A stretch of DNA of 64,000 bases, taken from a virus. The position numbers and the translations under genes are program-made. Below the pieces are notes generated by a model, which was given only the letters and a program-made list of their open reading frames with translations, did not search any database and was not told the origin of the DNA. The stretch is from the IMG/VR virus record IMGVR_UViG_3300012894_000004, positions 9,141-73,140 of that record. One strand, given 5' to 3'. Position 1 is the first letter of the stretch, and each line of letters opens with the position of its first letter. Below are positions 46,924 through 56,402 of this stretch, in pieces.

Positions 46924-49900
46924 ATGCTCTCACTTCGCTACTCGCTCACCTTGCGCGCCTTGCCGGCGCTGCTCCTGACGCTGCTGCTAGCCCTGGCAGC
47001 GCGTGCCCAGACTCCCTACAAGCTAGCCACAGGTTCCTACGTCGAGGATTTTAGCCAGATAAGCACCTGGACCAACAATTTTGCGGCCGGTACGGGCGCG
47101 GCGCCCTATAGTCCCGCGCCTTCCCTCACCGGTACCACTGCTGGCACCACAACCGTTTTCTCCTCCAGTACTAGTGGTGGGGTGCAGAAAGGCTCCCAGG
47201 CTATCGTGTTGCTGGTCACCGGTACGGTCGATGGCAATTACGTCGGCTTTGACCTCAACCTGGATTTTACGGGTACTACGGCCGGCACCCTCTCCTTGGA
47301 CTGGGCCTCCGTTATCAACAGCACCGCCGGTAATCGCCAGTCCACCTTCAAGCTCCAAACCAATACGGGGGCTAGCGGCGCTTTCGTGGATTTACCCGGC
47401 TCCTCGGTCACTATCAACAATACTACCGTTACGTCCGGTCAGTTTAAGGCCTTGAGCTTACCGGCCGACTTTAACGGCAACGCAGGCGCTAAAATCCGTT
47501 TTCTACTGCTGACGTCTGGTACTGCTGGCACGTCGGGCAACCGCCCTAAAATCAGCTTGGATAACGTGCAGGTGACGGCCACTACCGGTACGACGGCGCC
47601 TCCTCCCACCACATCCACGATTACTACCACAGCCAGCACTTACGCCAGCCCTTGGTGCATCACCAGTAGTACGGGTAGCAGTGCGTTCGATGTAAGCTTT
47701 ACGAACACGGGCACGTTTACCGGCTCCTTTCAGGCACAGCTGTCGGACGCGAGCGGCACTTTTGCCGATGCCACCAGCAACCTCATCGGCTCGGCCACCA
47801 CATCGCCCATTTCGGCTGTTATTCCGGCCGGCACAGCCAGCGGCACTGCTTACCGGATTCGGGTGCTCAACGGCACCACCCTCGGCAGCAACAACGGCAG
47901 CAACCTAACCATCACCCTGGCCCCGGCCACCAACTCGGTGACCGTTAGCCCGGCTGACGGGCAGAGCTTTGCGACCAATGCCCAAGGCAAACTGCTAACG
48001 GCTAGCCCAGCTGTTGCGTCCTCAGTTGCCTGGCTCTACGGCACCTCGGCTACCGGCCCCTTCTCGGCGGCCCTGCCGAGCACGAGCGCCACGTACCAGC
48101 CCAAGGGCAGCGATTTTCCTGCCGCCGGTACCTACTACGTCGTGGCCCAGGCCACCAGCACCTGCGGCAGCGTCGTGGGCACGAGCACCCCCGTGCAGGT
48201 AATCGTCACCGATGCCCCGCCGGCGCTCACGGCCTCCGTGATGTCTCTGCCGGACTTCGGAACGGTGGCCGTGGGCAGCACGTCGCCAGCTAAATCCTTT
48301 ACCGTCAGCGGGACCGGGGTAACGGGCAACGTCACCATTACCCCCGCCCCCGGCTTTGAGATTCGCATCGGGCAAACGCCCTTCGCCTGCTGCGCCCTGG
48401 TGCTCACGCCCGACGGCGCGGGCAACCTGGCCCCTACGCAACTTGACGTGCGTTTTGCCCCGCAGTTGGCGCAGGCCTACAGCGATAAAATCGCCATCGC
48501 CAGCCCCGGCCTGGCCGAGCAGGACGTAGCCGTTACCGGCACCGGCACCACGGCTACCTACCCGGCCACCGTAACCACGGCTACGCCATCCAGTATCACT
48601 ACCACTACGGCCACCGCGGGCGGTAGCTCGCTGGATGACGGCGGCGCGTTGGTCACGGCCTACGGGGTAGCCTACGGCATCGACCCCGAGCCCACGGTAG
48701 CGGGCCCCCACACCACCGACGGTAGCGGGCTGGGCACTTTTACCAGCTCGCTCACGGGCCTGCGCCCGGGCGTGCTGTACTACGTGCGCGCCTATGCCAC
48801 CAACGCCCAGGGCACGACTTACGGCGAACAGCTTAGCTTCACCACCGTGGCCGTGCCCCTGGCCGACGAGCCAACAGCCTCCTCGACCATTACGGCGAGC
48901 AGCGTGCGCCCCACCCGCGTACTGCTCACCTTCACGGGCGGCACGGGAGCCAAGCACCTGGTGCTAGCACACCTGAACGGCCTAGTCAACCAAGACCCCA
49001 CCGATGCGACGACCTACACGGCTAGTTCGACGTTTGGGCAGGGCAGCGTGCTCGGCGCCGATGCCGATAACTACGTCGTCTTTGCCGCCGCCGGCGACAC
49101 AGCCACCATCTTCGGCCTGCGTCCCAATACCCCGTACTCGTTTGCGGTCTACGACTACAACGACAACAACACGCCCTTCGCTGAGAACTACCGCACCAGC
49201 GACCCGGGCGTGCTCTCGCTGACTACGCCAGCCTTACCCCCGACCTTGCTGCTGCGCGAGAACTTTATCTATGCTGCCGGCACGGCGCTGACGGCCAACA
49301 ATTGGGCTGCGCACAGCGGCGCGGGCACGAAGGCGTTCACTGTCACCAGCGGCAACCTGACCTACCCGGGCTATAGCGCGGGTGCGGGCAACTCGACCGC
49401 CTTCACCGGCAGCGGGGAGGACGTGAACCGGCAGTTCCCGACGGTCTATGCGCGCACGGCCGTCTACGTCTCGTTTTTGGTGAACGTGGCGGATGCCTCG
49501 ACCAGTGGCGACTACTTCCTACACCTGGGCCCCACGGTGCTCAGCACTAACTTCCGGGGGCGGGTTTTCGCCAAGAAGGTAGGGTCCACGCTCCAGTTTG
49601 GAGTAGCCGGCAGCGGGGCCGCCGTGTACGCCCCGACGGCCTACGCCTTCAACACGACCTACCTGCTGCTGCTCAAGTACAGTTTCGACGAGACGGGCAA
49701 CGAGACCGATTTGTTTGTGAACCCGGCCACCAGCGGCACGACGTACCGCCTCACGGCCATGCCCGATGCCAGTGCGCCAGAATCGGCTGGCTCGACGCCA
49801 ACTGATATTGGCACAATTGCGCTACGGCAAGGCTCGGGCTCGCCTACGCTTACCATTGATGCGCTCGGCGTGGCCACCGCCTTCCCGCTCACGGCCGACG

Positions 49901-50442
49901 CCGGCCCCCTGCCCGTTACGCTGACCCAGTTCACGGCCCAGGCCGCAGGCCGCGGCGTGCAGCTAGCTTGGACCACGGCTAGCGAGGTCAACAGCGACCA
50001 CTTCGTGGTGGAGCGCTCGCTCGACGGGCGCACGTTTAGCCCGCTGCAAACCGTGCCCGCTGCGGGCAGCAGCAGCACGCCTCGCACGTATGCCGCCCTC
50101 GATGCCCAGGCTCAAGCAACCGGCGCTACCCAGCTCTACTACCGCTTGCGGAGCGTGGACCACGACGGCAGCAGCGCCTACTCGCCCGTGCAGGCTGTGA
50201 CGCTGGCGCCCGCTGCTGGTGGGCTAGCCCTGTTCCCGAACCCCATTGCCGGCAGCGCTACGACCCTCGTGGGTGCCAGCGCCGGCGCGCACGTGCAGGT
50301 GCTCGACGCGCTAGGCCGCGTAATCACCACGGCTACCGCGGATGCCGCGGGCACGGCGCACCTGACGCTGCCGGCGGGCGTGGCCAGCGGCGTATATGTC
50401 GTGCGCACTGGGGCTCAGGCGCTAAGGTTGATGGTGAAGTAA
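46924..50442 (+). CDS. Large T9SS-secreted Ig/FN3-repeat surface protein
   Basis: Signal peptide, YYVRAYATN FN3-like motif, PLPVTLxxF domain, LFPNP CTD. Confidence 0.88.
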   Translation: MLSLRYSLTLRALPALLLTLLLALAARAQTPYKLATGSYVEDFSQISTWTNNFAAGTGAAPYSPAPSLTGTTAGTTTVFSSSTSGGVQKGSQAIVLLVTGTVDGNYVGFDLNLDFTGTTAGTLSLDWASVINSTAGNRQSTFKLQTNTGASGAFVDLPGSSVTINNTTVTSGQFKALSLPADFNGNAGAKIRFLLLTSGTAGTSGNRPKISLDNVQVTATTGTTAPPPTTSTITTTASTYASPWCITSSTGSSAFDVSFTNTGTFTGSFQAQLSDASGTFADATSNLIGSATTSPISAVIPAGTASGTAYRIRVLNGTTLGSNNGSNLTITLAPATNSVTVSPADGQSFATNAQGKLLTASPAVASSVAWLYGTSATGPFSAALPSTSATYQPKGSDFPAAGTYYVVAQATSTCGSVVGTSTPVQVIVTDAPPALTASVMSLPDFGTVAVGSTSPAKSFTVSGTGVTGNVTITPAPGFEIRIGQTPFACCALVLTPDGAGNLAPTQLDVRFAPQLAQAYSDKIAIASPGLAEQDVAVTGTGTTATYPATVTTATPSSITTTTATAGGSSLDDGGALVTAYGVAYGIDPEPTVAGPHTTDGSGLGTFTSSLTGLRPGVLYYVRAYATNAQGTTYGEQLSFTTVAVPLADEPTASSTITASSVRPTRVLLTFTGGTGAKHLVLAHLNGLVNQDPTDATTYTASSTFGQGSVLGADADNYVVFAAAGDTATIFGLRPNTPYSFAVYDYNDNNTPFAENYRTSDPGVLSLTTPALPPTLLLRENFIYAAGTALTANNWAAHSGAGTKAFTVTSGNLTYPGYSAGAGNSTAFTGSGEDVNRQFPTVYARTAVYVSFLVNVADASTSGDYFLHLGPTVLSTNFRGRVFAKKVGSTLQFGVAGSGAAVYAPTAYAFNTTYLLLLKYSFDETGNETDLFVNPATSGTTYRLTAMPDASAPESAGSTPTDIGTIALRQGSGSPTLTIDALGVATAFPLTADAGPLPVTLTQFTAQAAGRGVQLAWTTASEVNSDHFVVERSLDGRTFSPLQTVPAAGSSSTPRTYAALDAQAQATGATQLYYRLRSVDHDGSSAYSPVQAVTLAPAAGGLALFPNPIAGSATTLVGASAGAHVQVLDALGRVITTATADAAGTAHLTLPAGVASGVYVVRTGAQALRLMVK

Positions 50443-50466
50443 GCAGACACGAAGCACAGAAGTAAG

Positions 50467-50497
50467 AAGCCCCCGGCCGTGTGGTCGGGGGCTTTTT
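50467..50497 (+). terminator. Terminator (near-identical to 55068)
   Basis: AAGCCCCCGGCC-GTGT-GGTCGGGGGCTTTTT. Confidence 0.85.
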
Positions 50498-50867
50498 CGT
50501 GTCCATCTATACCTAAAGCCACCTATCCACTTCACACGCTCTGCATGTCCCAAAGGTAAAAATAAACCCTCTAGTAATCAGTATTATACAGAAGGTGTCT
50601 ACACTTTGTCTACACTCCATTTTAGGAAAAAGTAGGGCAGCGAGCGAAAGATTGCAGCCAGTTGAGGCGGTTGGCTGCCGCCCTAGCCCCCGAGCTCCTC
50701 GGCAACAGCGCCTGGCGCTGGCAGCCGCGCCTAAGCCTGAGGTCAGCCCTCGGCACCGGCGCGGCCGCACGAGGCTGGGCTATTCTTCGACTTGCCTTTA
50801 ACCTCGTGTTTAGCTTGCGCATAAGCTACTGTCCTACTACTTCTACTTATTCTTCTGTTTCGGCTTC

Positions 50868-53573
50868 ATGATTCAACGCTACTTCCGTGCCCCGCTGGTG
50901 GCCCTGCTTTTACTAGCAGCTGCCCCTCGCTTTGCTCAGGCCCAGACGGGCGCCGTGGGCATCGGCACCACGGCCCCCGACGCCTCGGCCGTGCTCGATA
51001 TCACGAGCACTGGCAAGGGCCTGCTGCCCCCGCGCATGACCCAGGCGCAGCGCGATGCCATTGCCAGCCCCGCCACGGGCCTGACGGTGTACAATACCAC
51101 CACCAACCACCTCAACACCTGGAACGGTAGCAAATGGGACGAGGCGCTGAGCGCCACGCAGCAACCTTATCAAGGCCCGGCCGTGTCTTTTGCCTACACG
51201 GGTGCCCCCCAGACGTATACTGTGCCGGCTAATGTTTATAGCTTGCAAGTGGATGCGGCCGGCGCCAGCGGCGGCAGTGGCACCATCGGCAGCTCTCCTA
51301 ATGTAGGGGGGGCGGGGGCCCGCGTGCAGGCCATGCTGCCGGTGACGCCCGGCCAGGTGCTCACTGTCTACGTGGGCGGGGGTGGAACGTATAACGATAC
51401 CTTCAACGGCCAAGCGCCAGGCGGTTACAACGGGGGCGGGTTGTCTGGTAATGGGGGCTCGGGCGGCGGGGCTACCGACCTGCGCAGTGGGAGCGCGCAA
51501 CTCGGCGACCGGCTGCTAGTGGCTGGCGGCGGCGGCGGCGGCGGCTACCTGGGCATCGGCTCACAGGGCGGCGCGGGGGGCGCCCCCAATGGCGGCAACG
51601 GCACGAATAATGCCGCGACCGCAGGCGGGGGGGCCACGCAAACAGCCGGGGGCAGCAATAGTGTTAACTCAAACATGGGCAAGCTGGGCCAGGGTGGCAA
51701 TCAAACCGCTACCGGCGGCGGCGGGGGCGGCGGCTACTACGGGGGGGGCGCAGGCGCATATGGCGGCTACGCAGGCGGCGGTGGCGGCGGCGGCTCGTCG
51801 TGGGTAACCCCTAGTGGCGGTAGTGGCATTACGATGACTGCCGGCTACAAGAATGGTAATGGTTATCTGACCATCACGCCCGGCCCGGCTTATACCGCGC
51901 CGGCCATCAGCGGGGTTAATTTCATCAACGTGCCCGGCACGTGGAGCGTGAACGGCACCAATTATTACTACAACAACGGCAACGTGGGCATCGGCACCAG
52001 CAGCCCCGCCGGCCAGCTGGCCAACACGGCCGGCAACGTCATCGCTACCGATGGCAACGGCATCAGCCAGCAGGGCCTAGGCTGGGTCAACACCAGCAGC
52101 GCGGGCTACGCCGGCTTGTTCTACAACGCCAACAACACGGTCAGTGGCCCAGGCCTGGCCGTGAAAATCACCAGCCCGGCCGCCGCCGCCCTCGACGTGA
52201 GCCAGGGCGGCAGTGCGGGCACGGCCGGCACCAGCCTGCTGCGCGTGCAGGGTACCGGCCAGGTGGGCATCGGTGTGGCTAGCCCCACCCAGACCTTGGA
52301 TGTGAACGGGGGCATCCTGGCCCGCAGTACCAGCGCCATCAGCCAGCAGGGCGCCTACCTGCAGTGGAACCGTACCGGCGGTCAGGGTGAGACCTGGCTG
52401 CTCAACCAGCAGGGCGGCGGGCCGGGCGGCATCTACTTCGGCAAGTCTGATGGCAGCAACAACGCCACCGAGTGGGCCCGCTTCGACGGCAACGGTAACC
52501 TGGGCCTGGGCACCACCCCTGGCCAGAAGCTCGACGTGAACGGCAATGCCAATGTGAGCGGCAACAGCTCGGTAGGTGGCAGCCTGGCCCTGCGCAACAG
52601 CACCACTGAGAAATACAACTGGAGCCTGACCAACGGTGGCCTGAACCTGAGCGAGAGCGACGTGGCCAGCGGGCGGCTGTTTGTGCAGGATGGCGGCAAC
52701 GTGGGCATCGGCACCACCTCGCCCATCGCCAAGCTGCATGTGAGCGGCAGCGCCCAGGCCACGCCCACCGGCGGCAACACGTCCTACTTCTATGGAGGCT
52801 CCCCCCTGATTGGCCCCCAGCCGCCCGGCGGCACCACGGCCCGCGCTACGGCGGCCTACTTCGACGGCGGGCAGGTGTGGGTCAACAGCACTATCGTGGC
52901 CGGCGCGCTGAACACGACCTCCGACCGGCGCATCAAGCGCGTGCTCGGCCTCTCCGACCGCGCGGCCGACCTGGCCCTGCTCAATAAGTTGCGCATCACC
53001 GACTACGCCTATATCGACCAGCACGCCAACGCGCCCGGCGTTATCAAGAAAGTCATCGCCCAGGAAGTGGAAGAGGTGCTGCCCACCGCCGTTTCGCGCT
53101 CCACCCAGGCCCTGCCCAACGTGTATGAGAAAGCCACCAAGCTCAGCTACGCCGCCGGCCAGCTGACCGTGACCACAGCCAAGGCCCACGAGCTGCCGAC
53201 CCAGGGCGGGCGGATGCGCTTCTACACCCCCACGAATGAAAGCCTCGACGTGGACGTGACGGTAGTCGACGCCCACACAGTGCGCTTTGCCTCGGCCCAG
53301 GCCTACGCCAGCGGGCTGTTCGTGTACGGCAAGTACGTCGATGACTTCCGCTCGGTCGACTACGACGCCCTCACCACCCTCAACGTGAGCGCCACCCAGG
53401 AGCTGGCCCGCCAGGTCGCCGAACTCAAAGCCGAGAACGCCACTCTTAAAGCCAATGCGGAATCTATTAAAAACGAGCTACAAACGGTGAAAGTCCAGGC
53501 CACGGCCACGCTGGAAACCTTCGAGGCCCGGCTGCGGCGGCTGGAGGCTGGCGGCGGTCAGGCCCAGCGCTAG
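50868..53573 (+). CDS. Secreted Gly-rich fibre protein with C-terminal intramolecular chaperone (peptidase S74)
   Basis: Signal peptide, VGIGT repeats, Gly-rich domain, [23 protein letters not shown] plus coiled coil. Confidence 0.85.
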   Translation: MIQRYFRAPLVALLLLAAAPRFAQAQTGAVGIGTTAPDASAVLDITSTGKGLLPPRMTQAQRDAIASPATGLTVYNTTTNHLNTWNGSKWDEALSATQQPYQGPAVSFAYTGAPQTYTVPANVYSLQVDAAGASGGSGTIGSSPNVGGAGARVQAMLPVTPGQVLTVYVGGGGTYNDTFNGQAPGGYNGGGLSGNGGSGGGATDLRSGSAQLGDRLLVAGGGGGGGYLGIGSQGGAGGAPNGGNGTNNAATAGGGATQTAGGSNSVNSNMGKLGQGGNQTATGGGGGGGYYGGGAGAYGGYAGGGGGGGSSWVTPSGGSGITMTAGYKNGNGYLTITPGPAYTAPAISGVNFINVPGTWSVNGTNYYYNNGNVGIGTSSPAGQLANTAGNVIATDGNGISQQGLGWVNTSSAGYAGLFYNANNTVSGPGLAVKITSPAAAALDVSQGGSAGTAGTSLLRVQGTGQVGIGVASPTQTLDVNGGILARSTSAISQQGAYLQWNRTGGQGETWLLNQQGGGPGGIYFGKSDGSNNATEWARFDGNGNLGLGTTPGQKLDVNGNANVSGNSSVGGSLALRNSTTEKYNWSLTNGGLNLSESDVASGRLFVQDGGNVGIGTTSPIAKLHVSGSAQATPTGGNTSYFYGGSPLIGPQPPGGTTARATAAYFDGGQVWVNSTIVAGALNTTSDRRIKRVLGLSDRAADLALLNKLRITDYAYIDQHANAPGVIKKVIAQEVEEVLPTAVSRSTQALPNVYEKATKLSYAAGQLTVTTAKAHELPTQGGRMRFYTPTNESLDVDVTVVDAHTVRFASAQAYASGLFVYGKYVDDFRSVDYDALTTLNVSATQELARQVAELKAENATLKANAESIKNELQTVKVQATATLETFEARLRRLEAGGGQAQR

Positions 53574-53639
53574 CCCTACTAAATGTTCCGGCGCAAACTA
53601 CCCGCGCTGGGGCATTTACCTTCTTCGCCCCCTTCCTGC

Positions 53640-55046
53640 ATGAAACAATACTTTACTCTGGCCCTGCTGCTGCCCGCCCTGGCCGCCAGCGCCCAGACCA
53701 CGCTCACCAACGACGGGGCTAACCTCACGGTGACGAGCGGCACCACGCTCTACGTGGCGGGCGCGGTGCAGAACAACGCCGGCGGTACGCTCAGCAACGC
53801 CGGCATACTGTACCTAACCGGCGACCTGACCAATGCCGGCACGCTCACCAGCAGCGGCACGCTGCTCTTTGTGGGCGCCAGCAACCAAACTTTCACGCCC
53901 GGCACCGCCACCGTGGCCACGCTCGTGCTCAACAACACCGGGGCCAGTGACCACACCCTGGCCCTGCCCGCCGACCTGACCGTGGGCAAGGCCCTGACCC
54001 TGCAAAGCGGCCTAGTGCGCACCGCCCCCGGGGCCACCCTGACCCTGCCCGACGGGGCCACGCTCAGCGGCGAGGCTCCCGGCCAGTACGTGCAGGGTAA
54101 CCTACGCATTATTCGCGCCGCCACCAGCGGGCTCGACTTCGGCCACGGTATCAGCTTTAAGCGCACCGCCGACATGGGCCAGGTCACCATCACCCGCACG
54201 GCGGGCCTGCAAACCGACAACCTGAGCCACGCCGTGGGCCTGGGCTCGGCTTCGGCCCAGGGCATCGACCGCATCTGGACCGTGGAGGGCACCGGCGACC
54301 AGGCCACCCCCGTGCCCATCACCCTGAGCTGGGTGGCCGACGACGACAACGGCTTCACCAACTTCTCGGCGCTGCAAGCCTGGCGCGCCCCGCTGGGCAC
54401 GGCCGATTGGGGCGCGGTGGGCAACCCCGGCGCGGCTACGGTGAGCGGCGACACGCGCAGCTTCTCGTTCACGGCCCTGGCACTGGGCCGCCTCACAGTG
54501 GGGGCGGCCACCGCGCCGCTGCCCGTCACGCTGGTGGCCTTCACGGCCCAGGCTCAGGGGGCCGACGCGCTGCTGAAGTGGAGCACGGCCTCGGAATTGC
54601 ACAACGACCACTTCGAGGTGGAAGCCAGCGCCGACGGCAAAACGTTCCGCCGCATTGGTACGGTGGCGGGGGCGGGCACCAGCACCCTAGCCCACAACTA
54701 CCAGCTCGTGGACCCGGCCATCTCGCGCTACGGTACTGACCTGGTGTACTACCGCCTGCGCCAAGTCGATACCGACGGCACGGCCGCCTACTCGCCGGTG
54801 CGCACCGTGGCCGTGGCTCGCCCCGCCGGGCTGGCCTTGTTTCCCAACCCGACGCACAGCGCGGCCACGCTCACTGGGGCTCAGCCGGGCGCCGCGGTGG
54901 TGGTGCTCGATGCCGTGGGCCGCACCGTGGCCAGCTTCGTGGCCGACGCCCGCGGCACGGCCGCGCTGGCCCTACCCCAGCCGCTGGCCAGCGGCGTGTA
55001 CGTGGTGCGCACCGACGCCTCGGCCCTGCGCCTGACGGTGGAGTAA
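53640..55046 (+). CDS. T9SS type A sorting-domain protein
   Basis: Signal peptide, PLPVTLVAF domain, LFPNP CTD. Confidence 0.88.
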   Translation: MKQYFTLALLLPALAASAQTTLTNDGANLTVTSGTTLYVAGAVQNNAGGTLSNAGILYLTGDLTNAGTLTSSGTLLFVGASNQTFTPGTATVATLVLNNTGASDHTLALPADLTVGKALTLQSGLVRTAPGATLTLPDGATLSGEAPGQYVQGNLRIIRAATSGLDFGHGISFKRTADMGQVTITRTAGLQTDNLSHAVGLGSASAQGIDRIWTVEGTGDQATPVPITLSWVADDDNGFTNFSALQAWRAPLGTADWGAVGNPGAATVSGDTRSFSFTALALGRLTVGAATAPLPVTLVAFTAQAQGADALLKWSTASELHNDHFEVEASADGKTFRRIGTVAGAGTSTLAHNYQLVDPAISRYGTDLVYYRLRQVDTDGTAAYSPVRTVAVARPAGLALFPNPTHSAATLTGAQPGAAVVVLDAVGRTVASFVADARGTAALALPQPLASGVYVVRTDASALRLTVE

Positions 55047-55067
55047 GCAGCTACGAAGCGTGCAGAT

Positions 55068-55100
55068 AAAAAGCCCCCGGCCGTGTGGTCAGGGGCTTTT
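55068..55100. terminator. Bidirectional terminator
   Basis: AAAAAGCCCCCGGCC-GTGT-GGTCAGGGGCTTTT. Confidence 0.85.
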
Positions 55101-55122
55101 GCGTAGTAGGGGAGTAGCTAGG

Positions 55123-55695
55123 CTAGTTGCACTTCATGCACCCGCGCAAGCCGGATGCTTGGGCTTCACGTTGGCTCATCACCAGCGTTTGGTAGGTGCA
55201 GCGGCGCATGGCCGAGCAGTCCTCGCTGCTGTGGTACACCTCGGTGCGACCGTTGCCACAGACGTAGACCTTAGGGCCGGTCGCAACCTTGGGGCTAGCC
55301 TTATGACTGGACGGGGTAGGGTGGGGCGCCGGGCTCGTGCTGCTGTATGTACTGCCCCCGGCTGCCTCCACGCCGGCCCAGTCCACGTCAGCCGTGACCT
55401 GACTTTGCTCCTCGACGAGGTAGTCGGAGCGCACGTAGCCCGTGTGGCCGTTCACCCGCACCTGGCTCCAGCCATCTACTTGCTCGTGCACGAACTGCAC
55501 GCGGCTGGCGCCGGCGATAAGGGCGCTGGCTGCAGCCGCAGCATCGGGCCGGGCGCGCAGGGTCAGGGACGTAGCGTTGACATAGCGGTACGTCGCGCCC
55601 GTTTGGGTTTGGGCCAGGCTGTCGGCCGCGGTAAGTGTCTGGGCCTGGCTCCAGAAGGGGAGGAGGCAAAGGAGTAGGAGTAGAAATCTAGTCAT
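55123..55695 (-). CDS. Secreted SH3b protein with C-terminal Cys/His domain
   Basis: YVNATSLTLRARP...GYVRSDYL; VYVC...YH...C...C...CxxC. Confidence 0.8.
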   Translation of the reverse strand: MTRFLLLLLCLLPFWSQAQTLTAADSLAQTQTGATYRYVNATSLTLRARPDAAAAASALIAGASRVQFVHEQVDGWSQVRVNGHTGYVRSDYLVEEQSQVTADVDWAGVEAAGGSTYSSTSPAPHPTPSSHKASPKVATGPKVYVCGNGRTEVYHSSEDCSAMRRCTYQTLVMSQREAQASGLRGCMKCN

Positions 55696-55839
55696 GCAGA
55701 AAGAAATAGAGTGTCTTTTGATTTCGAGCAGAGCGAATATAGTATATGCTAGCTGTGTTGTGAGAGCAGGCACGCTATGACGTGTTGCCTGCCGGGCTAG
55801 CTCACCGCCTACTTGGTAGTGAGTGCGTAGCTTGGCACA

Positions 55840-56343
55840 ATGAAAGTGCTGCTCGCCGCCTTGCTTTGCCTACTCACCCTCACCTCGGCCCACGCGCAGG
55901 CCTGGCCCCGCAATCCGGCCACGGGCAAGGTAGAATTCAAGGGCACGCTACCCTGGCCAGCCGGCGTCAAAACCGAGACCCAGCGGCGGGCGCTCGTGCG
56001 GCGGTGGTATCTGGCGAAGCTGACGGACGAAACGCCGCAGGCAGTAGCCCAGAGTGCCCGCACGGTGGTAAGTCCGACATTACTTACTTACGCCGGGCTG
56101 CCTATTGCTGCTGTAATTGGTAATAACCGCTTACCGAATCACGCCACGCTTGCTTACATCATAGACCTTAAGCCGCTCCCTCGTGGGTTGAGCTTCCAAT
56201 TAAGCGAGTTTCAGTTTAGCCGCGCCACCGATACGCATCTAGGCCCTGATTTAGAGCAGGTGCTGGCGGCTGATTCTACGGCTGACCGCCCGGCCCTCGT
56301 TGCCCTGCGCCGTCGACTGGCCAGCGTGCTCGCCACCTGGTAG
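55840..56343 (+). CDS. Secreted hypothetical protein
   Basis: Signal peptide; WPRNPATGKVEF. Confidence 0.7.
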   Translation: MKVLLAALLCLLTLTSAHAQAWPRNPATGKVEFKGTLPWPAGVKTETQRRALVRRWYLAKLTDETPQAVAQSARTVVSPTLLTYAGLPIAAVIGNNRLPNHATLAYIIDLKPLPRGLSFQLSEFQFSRATDTHLGPDLEQVLAADSTADRPALVALRRRLASVLATW

Positions 56344-56358
56344 TCCGCCCAGACGCAA

Positions 56359-56389
56359 CAACGCCCCAGCCAGCTAGGTCGGGGCGTTG
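56359..56389. terminator. Hairpin between convergent genes
   Basis: CAACGCCCC...GGGGCGTTG. Confidence 0.65.
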
Positions 56390-56402
56390 GTCTTAGGAGA
56401 AA

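Noticed and set aside
51260..51830. GGC-rich tracts as a DNA repeat element
   Set aside because: Explained by a glycine-rich protein domain
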